Part shown: positions 43,186 through 53,291 of the stretch, in pieces
Layout: the number at the start of each line of letters is the position of its first letter
Position numbering within the stretch: position 1 is the stretch's first letter
Assembly (NCBI GenBank): GCA_965237955.1
Contig: OZ250169.1
Coordinates: 1,568,001 to 1,632,000, forward strand
Direction of reading: 5' to 3'
DNA length: 64,000 bases
From: Candidatus Marinacidobacterales bacterium
GTDB lineage: Bacteria > Acidobacteriota > Vicinamibacteria > Marinacidobacterales > SMYC01
The notes under the pieces: generated by a model
The model's database searches: none
The model's input: the letters and a program-made list of their open reading frames with translations, nothing else
What the model was told of the DNA's origin: nothing
Program-made: the position numbers and the translations under genes

Positions 43186-43293
43186 TGAGAAGTTAAGGCG
43201 AAATAGTTACAGCTATACTTTAGGTTTTTCGTTTGGCCGTGTTGATTGCTCGCCTCGGTCGAGGCAGTTTGAGGAAGGGTTTAGGGGGAGACG

Positions 43294-43482
43294 TCAGCTC
43301 TGGCTCGGCGGCGCAGCACCCCGAAGGGAGATCGGCGTCGTCGTCTTCACACTCGCGTCCGCGACGGAAATACCCGCCCCGCGCACGAGCTGTTGTTGCC
43401 TTCGCTTGTTCGCCATCTCAGCGATTGCCTTGCGGCGTTGCGCTAGAAATTTCCGGCTTGACGAATTGCTGGGCTTGGCCAT
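43294..43482 (-). CDS. Small basic hypothetical protein (62 aa)
   Basis: MAKPSNSSSRKFLAQRRKAIAEMANKRRQQQ...; AAGGGAG RBS and near-consensus promoter upstream. Confidence 0.65.
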   Translation of the reverse strand: MAKPSNSSSRKFLAQRRKAIAEMANKRRQQQLVRGAGISVADASVKTTTPISLRGAAPPSQS

Positions 43483-43527
43483 GTCAAACTCCCTTCGCGT
43501 TGGATGAAGCTGCATGAAGCTCGTACA

Positions 43528-43556
43528 AATTTATGCGAGGGAGCCCGATCTGTCAA
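43528..43556 (-). promoter_or_regulatory. Sigma70-type promoter for the small basic ORF
   Basis: Minus strand TTGACA (43556-43551)-N17-TAAATT (43533-43528). Confidence 0.7.
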
Positions 43557-43621
43557 CCCATCCCGATCGACGCTCTGAACTACTGGCCTTGAAAAGCTTG
43601 TTTTCCGGTGAGGAAAAACTC

Positions 43622-43712
43622 AGCGCAAAAGCGCAAAGTCGCAAGGGCGCAAGGTGAGCGCCTTCGGCGCGGATTCTCGCTTTGCGTCTTTGCGCCTTGG
43701 CGTCTTTGCGTT
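43622..43712. repeat. Second palindromic 8-mer (CGCAAAGN) repeat element
   Basis: AGCGCAAAAGCGCAAAGTCGCAAGGGCGCAAGG ... CTTTGCGTCTTTGCGCCTTGGCGTCTTTGCGTT; downstream of the TolC gene. Confidence 0.85.
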
Positions 43713-43758
43713 AAAAAAAGCAGCGGCCAGAGAAGAAACGCAGAGTCGGCGAACTCCT

Positions 43759-45330
43759 CTAGCGGATGGCGATGTTGGAGTCGTCTAGAATCGTTCCTTT
43801 CGCTCTCTCGAACGCAGCGATGGCTTTCACGAAGTCGATCAGCGCTCTCAGCTCGTTCGCGGCCGCCTGCGACAGATCGCGCTGCGCTTGTACGATGAAA
43901 AAGCTCGTCGACATACCGACCTCGAACTTCTTCTGTTCCGCTTCGAGTCGGCGGTGTGCGAGCTCCCGTGCGACGCGGCTCGCGTCGATACGCTTCCGGT
44001 TGGTGGCGACCGCTCTCGCCGCTCGCCGAACTTCCTGCGCGATGAGAATCTCGTTCGAGCTGATGAGCGCTCGTTGCTGCCGCGCCGCCACTTGAGTCTG
44101 CGCGTGCTGTGCTTCGGCCTGCGAATTACCGAGCGGATAAGAAATATTGAGCCCGATCGACCAATCGCGGAATTCGCGGCCGAACACTTGATCGATGGCG
44201 TCGCCGTAGCCGCCCGGAATGATCAAGCGGGGCTGGCCGGCGAAGTCGTCGCGGACGAGCTGGTTGCCGCCGACACCGCTAAACGCCAGCGAGCCGACGA
44301 CGTCGAGTTGCGGCATCAGCTGATTCTTGGCGAAGCGAACGTAGTACGTACGCGTCTCGAGCTCGACCCGAGACTGCTCCAGGATCGGACGGCGCGACAA
44401 CGCGATTCTTACCGCATCGTCGACATCGATCTCGATCTCCTCGATGGTGGGCTGATCGATAGGGGCGTAGCTGTTGCTCCAGAAATCGAGGGAATCGGGA
44501 TCGTTGATGAGCCGTTTGAGGATATCTTCAGTGACCCGGATCCATTCTTCGGCGAGGATGACGGTTTCGTTCCGGACGGCAACTTCCGCTTGCGCCTCGA
44601 GCACATCGATCGGCGCCATGGTGCCGACCTCCACTTGAATGCGATTGTTGCGAAGTAGATCTTCCGCGAGCCCGAGCGAGCGACGCGCCACCTCGAGATC
44701 CCGGATCGCGAAGACGAGATCCCAATAGGCGAACTCGACATCGCGAACCGTGTCCATGACCGAGAGCTCGAACTGATTGCGTGAGATACGCTCTCCGTTT
44801 CGCGCCACGAGAATCTGCTGCTTGCTCGCGTCGGTGCCGAAATTCGCCATCAACGGTTGGGTAATCTGCGCGCTGGCGACGGCGTTGTACAGCGGGTTGA
44901 AACCGGTGAACGCGCTGTTGGTCGTCGAGCGAAGATTCAACCATTGGATGTTGTAGTTTCCACCCGTCGCGAGCTGCTGTTGCCACGTGAAGTTGTAATT
45001 GGTCCGCGTGCTCGTCAATGTCTGCGCACCGACGAGCTGGTTTTGCGCCGGTGAGGCGCTTTCGAACGTATTGATCCCGAGCGAGATAAACGGCTGGTAG
45101 ACTCCGCGCGCGAACGAGACTCCTTCCGCCCGCACTTGAGTGTCGAGGCGGGACACAACGATGTCCAGGTTGTTCTCGAGCGCCATCTCGATGGCCTGTT
45201 GAAGCGTGATCTGAACGGCGTTGGGATCGACGTTAGGAAGCTCGGCTGCGCTCTCGCTCTGTGCACTCACCGCGGCGGACGCGCCGAGTAGATAGACAAA
45301 TAGCACGATCAGAAGGCGATACAGTTTCAT
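43759..45330 (-). CDS. TolC family outer membrane protein
   Basis: Signal peptide, ITLQQAIEMALENNLDI, VEFAYWDL, VGTMAPIDVLEAQ, EQKKFEVGMST. Confidence 0.92.
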   Translation of the reverse strand: MKLYRLLIVLFVYLLGASAAVSAQSESAAELPNVDPNAVQITLQQAIEMALENNLDIVVSRLDTQVRAEGVSFARGVYQPFISLGINTFESASPAQNQLVGAQTLTSTRTNYNFTWQQQLATGGNYNIQWLNLRSTTNSAFTGFNPLYNAVASAQITQPLMANFGTDASKQQILVARNGERISRNQFELSVMDTVRDVEFAYWDLVFAIRDLEVARRSLGLAEDLLRNNRIQVEVGTMAPIDVLEAQAEVAVRNETVILAEEWIRVTEDILKRLINDPDSLDFWSNSYAPIDQPTIEEIEIDVDDAVRIALSRRPILEQSRVELETRTYYVRFAKNQLMPQLDVVGSLAFSGVGGNQLVRDDFAGQPRLIIPGGYGDAIDQVFGREFRDWSIGLNISYPLGNSQAEAQHAQTQVAARQQRALISSNEILIAQEVRRAARAVATNRKRIDASRVARELAHRRLEAEQKKFEVGMSTSFFIVQAQRDLSQAAANELRALIDFVKAIAAFERAKGTILDDSNIAIR

Positions 45331-45533
45331 GGTTTTCCTCGTGGAGCTCAGTACGAACAATACTGACAGGGCAATCTCCTCAAATATCGTACGGACCTCG
45401 CTACGAAAATACGCGACGCCCGGCGATTAAGTTCCCTCGGGGGTGCATTTTAATACGCGCGTCGCCGTCTCGCAGCTGGATCGGGTAAAGGATGTAAAAA
45501 CGTGCCCGTGCCCGATCAGTAGTCCTGTCCAGC

Positions 45534-45577
45534 TCCCCTGCCCTTGCCCCTGCCCCAGCAGGGGCAAGGGCAGGGGA
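45534..45577. repeat. Perfect 20-bp stem-loop made of 6-mer (TGCCCY) repeats
   Basis: TCCCCTGCCCTTGCCCCTGC-CCCA-GCAGGGGCAAGGGCAGGGGA, just 5' of the truA -10 box. Confidence 0.85.
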
Positions 45578-45594
45578 CGCTACAATGAGACCCC

Positions 45595-46332
45595 GTGCCG
45601 CTATACAAAATCCTGCTCGCCTACGATGGGACCGCCTACCGGGGATGGCAGGTGCAACCCGAAGGCGACACGATTCAGGGTCGATTGCGAGACGCGCTGT
45701 CGCGCATGGCAAAGACTTCCGTGGACGTCGTCGCCGCCGCGCGTACCGATGCAGGCGTCCATGCGCTCGGACAAGCCGCACATTTTCAATTGGTGCACGC
45801 GATCCCGGCGGACGGCCTGGCCCGTGGGTTGAACACGATGCTCCCGGAAGACATCCGCGTTCGCCACGTCGAGGAAGCACCACCGGAGTTCCATGCCCGC
45901 TACCGCGCTCGGTCGAAAACCTATCGCTACCACCTCGATCGGGCTCCGGTGCCGCTCCCGTTCCGCTCGCGGTTCGCGCTCCACCACCCTCACGATCTCG
46001 ATCGCGCCTCGCTCGACGAAGCCGCGCGTTTGTTTCAGGGCGAGCACGACTTCGCTGCGTTCCGCGCATCCTCTTGCAACGCCAAGACGACGACCCGGCA
46101 CGTGTTCGTCTCGCACTGGCTCGACCACGACACCGAGCTCGTATTCGAAGTCGCTGCCACCGGCTTCTTGCAGCACATGATCCGGAACATGGTGGGAACC
46201 CTGCTCGAAATCGGTCGGGGCAAACGACCGGTAGAATCCATCACCCACCTGTTCGCGAGGGGGGACCGTACCCAAGCTGGACCGACGGCGCCAGCCAAAG
46301 GCCTCCATCTCATACGCGTCGACTACCCCTAA
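45595..46332 (+). CDS. truA: tRNA pseudouridine(38-40) synthase
   Basis: AYDGTAYRGWQ, RTDAGVHA, FHARY, GEHDF, FLQHMIRNMVG, TAPAKGL. Confidence 0.97.
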   Translation: MPLYKILLAYDGTAYRGWQVQPEGDTIQGRLRDALSRMAKTSVDVVAAARTDAGVHALGQAAHFQLVHAIPADGLARGLNTMLPEDIRVRHVEEAPPEFHARYRARSKTYRYHLDRAPVPLPFRSRFALHHPHDLDRASLDEAARLFQGEHDFAAFRASSCNAKTTTRHVFVSHWLDHDTELVFEVAATGFLQHMIRNMVGTLLEIGRGKRPVESITHLFARGDRTQAGPTAPAKGLHLIRVDYP

Positions 46333-46336
46333 CAGG

Positions 46337-49300
46337 ATGTCCAGGATGCCCAAGATGACAGGGAGCTCGCGACGTCCGCCGGTCATTCGCGTCCGAGGCG
46401 CGCGCCAGAACAATCTGAAGAATCTCGACCTCGACGTTCCGGTGGGTAGTCTCCTCGCGATCACAGGAGTTTCCGGCTCGGGGAAATCATCTCTGGCCTT
46501 CGACACGCTCTACGCGGAAGGTCAGAGACGCTACGTCGAAAGCTTCTCCACATACGCACGGCAGTTCCTCGATCGGATGGACAAACCGCAGGTGGAATCG
46601 ATCCACGGCGTGCCTCCCGCCATCGCCATCGATCAGAGCAATCCGGTCAAGAACTCTCGCTCGACCGTGGGGACGATGACCGAGCTCAACGATCACGTGA
46701 AGCTTCTTTTTTCGAAGCTGGCGACGCTTTCTTGTCGCACATGCGGCGAGCCGATCGAGAAGGATGACGCCGCATCGATCGCGAGAAAACTCGAAGGTCG
46801 CCGCGACGCTCGAGCGATGGTGAGCTTTCCTCTCGACCTTACCGGGCTCAGCGGGCGCATCGAGCCCAGGAACGTTTCCGCTCATCTGGAAGAAATGGGA
46901 TTCCACCGCTTGCTCGATGCCGAAGGAGCCATCCTCGACGTCACGCCCGAGGCACTCGCAGCCGAATCGGTGAACGTTCTCGTCGACCGTCTCCGTCTCC
47001 AAGAGGGCTCGCGCTCACGGCTCGTCGATTCGCTGGAGCAAGCGCTTCGCTACGGCCAAGGGCGGGTGAGCGTTTTGGTCGAGAGAGCGCGCGGCCGCTT
47101 CCGTGAGAGCAAGTTCAGTGACCAGCGCCATTGCCCCGCGTGCGATATCACCTACGCCGAGCCGGTAGCGAACCTGTTCTCATTCAATAGCCCTTTGGGA
47201 GCGTGCGAGATGTGCAAAGGTTTCGGACGCACGATTGGCGTCGACCTCGATCTCGTCGTCCCCGATCCGAGACGCTCGCTACGAGACGGCGCGATCAAGC
47301 CGTGGCAGACCAAGAGCTACGCCGAGGGACAAGACGACCTCATCGCGTTTTGCCGACGGCGGAAGATTCCAGTGGATCGGCCGTGGAAAATCTTGCGCGC
47401 CCAGCACCGGCGGCTCGTCATCAACGGTGACGGAAGCTTCTACGGCATCCAGGGGTTTTTCGATTGGCTCGAAGGCCGGACGTACAGAATGCACGTCCGG
47501 GTGCTGCTCTCGAAATATCGCAGCTACCACAGGTGCGAGGACTGCGGCGGGACGAGGTTCCAGCCGGAAACGTTGTTGTACCGGCTCGGCGGAAAAACGA
47601 TCGCGGAGATCTACGCTCTCGACATCGTGAGCGCGCTTCGGTTCTTCCGTCGGTTGTCGCGGCCGGGGCAAAACCCGGTGGCCGAGCTGCTTCACACCGA
47701 GATCGAATCTCGCCTCGACTATCTCGAACGCGTCGGCCTCGGGTATCTGACGCTCGAGCGGCAATCGCGAACCCTTTCGGGCGGCGAAGTCCAGCGCGTG
47801 GACCTCACCACCGCGCTCGGCTCGTCGCTCGTCAATACACTCTACGTCCTCGACGAGCCGTCCATCGGACTCCATCCACGCGACACCGCTCGTCTCATGG
47901 ACATTCTGAAAAAACTCCGCGACAGCGACAACACCATCGTCGTCGTCGAGCACGACGCCGAAGTCATCCGTCGAGCCGACTACGTTCTCGACCTCGGCCC
48001 CGCCGCGGGCGAGCGCGGTGGCGAGATCGTCTATTTCGGACCCACATCGAAATTCACCCGCGAGCGCGCCTCGCTCACCGCCCAATACCTCGGCGGCAAG
48101 CGCATGATCCCATTCCGCGAACGACGACGATCGCCCGATGGGCACCCTGCGATCCGAATAATAGGCGCGCGCGCGAACAATTTGAAGAGTATCGACGTCG
48201 TCATTCCCCTCGGACTCCTCACCGCCGTGACCGGCGTCTCCGGGTCGGGGAAGAGCAGTCTCATCGAAGACGTTCTCTACCGAAGTTATCGACGTTTCCG
48301 TGGCGAGAGCACGACCGAGCCCGGGGCGCGCGATGCCATCGAAGGGTTCGAGCTCGTCTCGGACATCGTGCTCGTCGACCAGTCACCTCTCGGAAGAACA
48401 CCGCGTGCCAACCCAGCCACCTATCTCAAGGCCTACGACGGCATCCGACGAGCGTTTGCGTCGACACCGGAAGCGAAGAAGAGGGGCTACACCGCGAGCA
48501 CGTTCAGCTTCAATGTGGACGGGGGACGCTGCCCGCTTTGCTCGGGGGACGGGTTCGAGCGCGTGGAGATGCAGTTTCTCTCGGACGTGTTCGTGACGTG
48601 CGAGTCGTGCGCGGGCGCACGGTTCACAAACGACGTTCTCGAGGTTCGGTACCGGGGCAAGAACATCCGTGAGGTGTTGTCGTTCACGATCAGGGAGGCG
48701 TTGATTTTTTTCGAAGACGACCGAAAAATCGCCGCACCGCTCGAGATCGTCGCCGAGATCGGTCTCGGCTATCTGCGTTTGGGACAGCCGCTCAACACAC
48801 TTTCGGGTGGCGAAGCGCAGCGTCTCAAGCTTGCGCGGCAGATGGCGCGAGCCGAGAGCGCCGAGAGCGCCGAATACGCGGGGACGCTCTTTCTGTTCGA
48901 CGAGCCGACAACCGGCCTTCATTTCGACGACATTCGACTTTTACTTCGAGCGTTTCACAAGCTGATCGATCAAGGTGCGAGCGTCGTCGTCATCGAGCAC
49001 AACTTGGACGTCATCAAAGACAGCGACTGGGTCATCGATCTCGGACCGGAGGGAGGTGATGCGGACGGTGAGATCATCGTTTCGGGGCCTCCCGAGGCGG
49101 TCGTCGTCGAGCGCCGTTCGTACACCGGAAATTTCCTCGATCCATACCTGAAAAAAAACCTCCGCGACTCGCGCCCGCACCCCTCGAGAGAACCCGCGAG
49201 CGTGGGAACCATGTCGCGGTTCGCGGCGCTCGCCAGCACAACTTGAGAAACGTCGACGTCGACATCCCTCGGGACCAGCTCGTCGTCGTGACCGGCCTGT

Positions 49301-51989
49301 CGGGATCGGGGAAGAGCAGCCTCGCGTTCGACATCGTCTTCGCCGAAGGACAGAGACGATTTCTCGAAAGCCTGTCTGCCTACGCGCGCCAATACATCCG
49401 TGTCCTCGACAAGCCGGACGTCGACCTCGTGACCGGCCTGCCGCCGACGATCGCCATCGAGCAACGACTCACCCGCGGCGGGAGAAACTCCACTGTTTCG
49501 ACCGTGACCGAGATTTAACATTACTTGCGACTCCTCTACTCAAAAGTAGGAACCCAGCATTGCGTCGATTGCGACATCCCGATCACTCCCCAGACCGAAG
49601 ATCAGATCCTCGCGGACATTCGATCACGCTTCCGGGGAAAGACCTTGTCGCTCTTCGTCCCTCTGTGCGTGCCCGCAAAGGCTCCCACCGGATCGTGCTC
49701 GAGCGTGCCGTCAAAGACGGCTACAAGAAACTCCGCATCGACGGCCGCGTCATCGACGGCAGGGCCGCCGGTGGCGCCCGCCCACTGAAATTGCCACGCT
49801 ACGTCGAGCACGACATCGAGGCTTTGGTCTGGTCGGGAACGCCGAGCGCACTATCGAAAGAGCTCGGAAAAGCTCTCCGGAACGGCAAAGGCGCGTTCCT
49901 CGTCGTGGCCGCTCGTGAAAGCCGCTACTACAACTCGCGCCGCGCTTGTCCGCGGTGTGAGCGTAGCTACGAAGAGCTCGACCCGCGGATGTTCTCGTTC
50001 GGAAGTCGCTTCGGAGCCTGCCCGGAGTGTGCCGGAGCCGGGATCGAAGCGTCCTTCGACCGCCGCCTGGTGGTTCCCGATGACACCTTGAGCCTCGCGG
50101 AGGGCGCGCTCGCCGTGTTCCCGAAAGCGCGGAGCCGGATGCCCGGTCTTCCGCGCACCCGCGCACAACGAGACGTCAAGGGTCTCGGGATCGATCCGGA
50201 GCGAGCGTGGCGGCGCATCGCACGAGGCAAACAGGACGCTTTTTTCGAGCGGTTGTTCGCTTCTCTCGACGCTCTCTACCAGGATTCGCAGGGAGAGCTA
50301 CGTGACTTCCTTGCGCAGTTTCGTTCCGAACGGACGTGCGCTTCGTGCGGCGGCGGCCGGGTACACGCGCAGGCTCGTGCGGTGCGCGTGTCCGGTCGCG
50401 CGATCACAGACGTCGCCGCTCTGACACCGGACGGCGTGCTCCAATTCCTCGACGAGCTCCGAGCGGGCGAGCTCGAAAAGAGTGGGCGCGCGCTCACGGT
50501 CGCCTCCTCGCTTCTTGAGGAAATCGAGTCCCGGCTCCAGCTGCTGTTGAAAGTCGGCCTTTCCTACCTGCAGCTCTCGCGGCGCGCCGACACCCTTTCC
50601 GGTGGTGAATCGCAGCGGGTGCGGCTGGCCGCGCAGCTCGGCTCGCATCTCAGAGGCGTATGCTACGTTCTCGACGAGCCGACCATCGGTCTCCACGCGC
50701 GCGACAACGAACAGCTTTTAGAGACACTGCGCGAGCTCGTTCTCGCCGGCAACTCGGTCGTCATCGTCGAACACGACGAAGACACCATCCGGAACGCGGA
50801 CTACGTGATCGATCTCGGCCCGGGCGGAGGCACCGAAGGCGGCAACATCGTGGCGCAGGGAACGCCTCAGCAGATCCTGACCAATCCCGAGTCGGTGACC
50901 GGCCGGTACTTGCGCCGAAAATCTCCACCACCGGAGACGCGCCCGCTAAATGATATCCCCTTTCTCGAGATCCGCGGCGCCCGTGAGAACAACTTGAAAA
51001 AACTCGACGTGCGCTTTCCACTCGGCCGTCTGTCCGTCGTCACCGGTGTCTCCGGCTCGGGCAAGAGCACGCTCGTGCGCGAGGTCCTCGGTAAAGCGGT
51101 GCGGCGGGCCCTCGGAGGGAGTGCTCTGCCGGGAGAGCACGACACACTCGTCGGCCTTGATCAAGCCCAAGACCAACACCAACTCGACCGTGTTCGCGAA
51201 GTGGACCAGACGCCCATCGGCCGAACGCCGCGCTCGATCCCTGCGTCGTACGTCGGCTTTTTCGACGAGATACGGAAACTATTCGCGAGAACGCCCGCGG
51301 CGCGCATGGCGGGCTACAGCCCGGGACGATTCTCGTTCAACGTCAAAGGCGGCCGGTGCGAGGCCTGTGCCGGGCAAGGCACGATCAAGATGGAGATGAG
51401 CTTCCTTCCGAACGTGTACGTGCACTGCGACAGCTGCGGCGGGCGTCGTTTCAACGACGAGACGTTGTCGGTCACGTTCCGGGGCAAGAACATCTACGAG
51501 ATTCTGGAGATGACCTTCGCGGAAGCGGGGACGCTCTTCGAGCGCATCCCCTCGATCCACCGGCCGATACGCTTTCTGAGCGAGATTGGCCTCGGCTATC
51601 TCACTCTAGGCCAACCCTCCAACACCCTCTCGGGCGGTGAAGCGCAACGCATCAAGCTCGCGTACGAGCTTGCCAAACCGTCGCGCGGAAAAACCCTCTA
51701 CTTGCTGGACGAGCCGACGACGGGGCTTCACCTGGCCGATATCGAAAAGCTAGTGAACGGATTCCAGGCGCTCGTCGAGCGCGGCAACACGGTGGTCGTC
51801 ATCGAGCACAACCTTCACATCGTCGCCGAAGCCGATTGCGTCATCGACCTCGGACCCGAGGGAGGAGCGCGCGGTGGGGAGCTGGTTTCTTGGCGCTCAC
51901 CCACTCAGATCGCACGCGAGACACGCTCGCACACGGGACGGTACTTGCAGGCGCATTTCAGCGCGAAGCGCGCGTCGGCGGCGTCGTAG
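46337..51989 (+). CDS. uvrA: Double-length excinuclease ABC subunit A (two tandem UvrA modules); broken at A8 49151-49158, TAA 49516-49518 and ~49665
   Basis: Four GxSGSGKS Walker A motifs and four LSGGE signatures; Zn fingers. Module 2 begins [14 protein letters not shown] in the -1 frame with no own start codon. Confidence 0.9.
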
Positions 51990-51991
51990 TC

Positions 51992-52760
51992 CTATTCGTT
52001 GCTGTCGCGGCGGCGCGAGAGCGCGAGGAGACCGAGCCCGAGCCCGAGCAATGCCAACGCACCCGGCGCAGGTAACAACACGAGATTGTCTACCGCTCCC
52101 GAACCGCCGAGCGTGATCTCGATCCTGTCGAACAGCCCGAACCCCCCGATGGGCGCGATGCGGTTGACGGTGTTGTTCCCGAACACCGCATCTTGGTCGA
52201 AAGCCCCGCCATCCAGAAACTCGGCGAACGCGATCGTATCGATGACCACACCTTCCATGAGGAACGTCGCGAAGTGCCCCGGCTCTTCGCCGATGCCGAT
52301 TCCTTCGATATCGATCAAGTCGAACCCTACGGCCGCTTCGAGGGTCGGCCAAATCGAAAATGAGCATCCCCGCTTGGCGGTTACCTTCATCATCGGGAAA
52401 ATCGGCGAAGCCGTCTCCGATACCGATGCTGTTCTCGGCGATGATGATGGCGGTACCGAGCTCGAGATTCTCGAGCTCGAACGGAGTGAGATTGCCTCCA
52501 TCCCACGAAGGTCCTTCGAGATCCGGGTCCCGCGTACCGGTTAAGCCAGTGTCGAAGCCTATCGCGAGATTCGGGTGGTCGGTAGGGCCGCCCTCGCCGA
52601 AACTGAAGTTGATGGCGCTGATGGTGATGCCAAAAATCTGTGTCGAGGCTACTTCGCCATGCGCGATGTCGTCGAAGGTAATGACGCCGGCAGTGCTCGT
52701 GCCGAGTCCGCACATGACGATGGCGGTAACTGCCGCAAACGAGATGGTGCGCTGTTTCAT
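51992..52760 (-). CDS. Secreted protein with a PEP-CTERM-like sorting tail (frameshift ~52340)
   Basis: Signal peptide MKQRTISFAAV.., VITFDD; C-terminal LPAPGALALLGLGLGLLALSRRR. Confidence 0.8.
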
Positions 52761-52796
52761 TGTGTGCTTCTCCCCAAGAGTTACCTGTGATTTCCT

Positions 52797-52813
52797 AAGC
52801 AATTTTCGTGACA
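52797..52813 (-). promoter_or_regulatory. Near-consensus sigma54 -24/-12 site upstream of the PEP-CTERM-like gene
   Basis: Minus strand TGTCACG-AAAA-TTGCT; one mismatch, in the normally invariant GG. Confidence 0.4.
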
Positions 52814-52997
52814 AACAGGCAAAGTGTTTGCAACACAACCTGTTACGTCTGATCGGGAAACTTCCGGACGACGCGAGAACGTAACCTATTCAGACACCGC
52901 AATCGGCGTGCGAGCCTCGATAATCGCAAATGATACTGATCACGAGACTTACGGGAGACCGGCGACTGTCAGAGAATTCGACGGCTGTAACCGAGTC

Positions 52998-53030
52998 AGC
53001 CCCTCTTCTCCACGAAGGAGAAGAGGGGCT
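52998..53030. terminator. Perfect 14-bp stem-loop (terminator-like, no U-tract)
   Basis: AGCCCCTCTTCTCC-ACGAA-GGAGAAGAGGGGCT. Confidence 0.6.
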
Positions 53031-53097
53031 ATCCGAGTGCTAGGTCGAATTTTAGGTCCCGGAGCTAAGTCAATTTCGTGCCGGCGACAGGAGCGAG

Positions 53098-53113
53098 CGC
53101 AACGCTCGTGCCA
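53098..53113 (-). promoter_or_regulatory. Sigma54 (-24/-12) promoter
   Basis: Minus strand TGGCACG-AGCG-TTGC, matching the consensus. Confidence 0.75.
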
Positions 53114-53188
53114 CCTCGCCATGCTCGTTGTAACAGACTATTTGCGAAGGGTTTCCTCCGCTTGGGGCTGAAGGCGCCACCGGCGGAG

Positions 53189-53289
53189 TGTAAGCCAGCC
53201 CGACAGAACAGCAACTGGGTCTTCGCAATCCAAATAATTGAAAACAATGCTTGTCCCCGCATCGCGGGTGCCTGTCAGCATTTCCGACA
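53189..53289. promoter_or_regulatory. Two TGT-N11-ACA boxes, putative enhancer (bEBP) binding sites
   Basis: TGTAAGCCAGCCCGACA (53189-53205) and TGTCAGCATTTCCGACA (53273-53289); related TGTCAGAGAATTCGACG at 52967-52983. Confidence 0.55.
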
Positions 53290-53291
53290 CT

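Noticed and set aside
22960-49518. Alternative genetic code or selenocysteine/pyrrolysine recoding at in-frame stops
   Set aside because: All three stop codons terminate normal genes here; the positions are not catalytic Cys/Lys and no SECIS-like context was evident.
53066-53083. Third sigma54 site (minus-strand CGGCACGAAATTGAC)
   Set aside because: The -12 element does not match TTGC at the required spacing.
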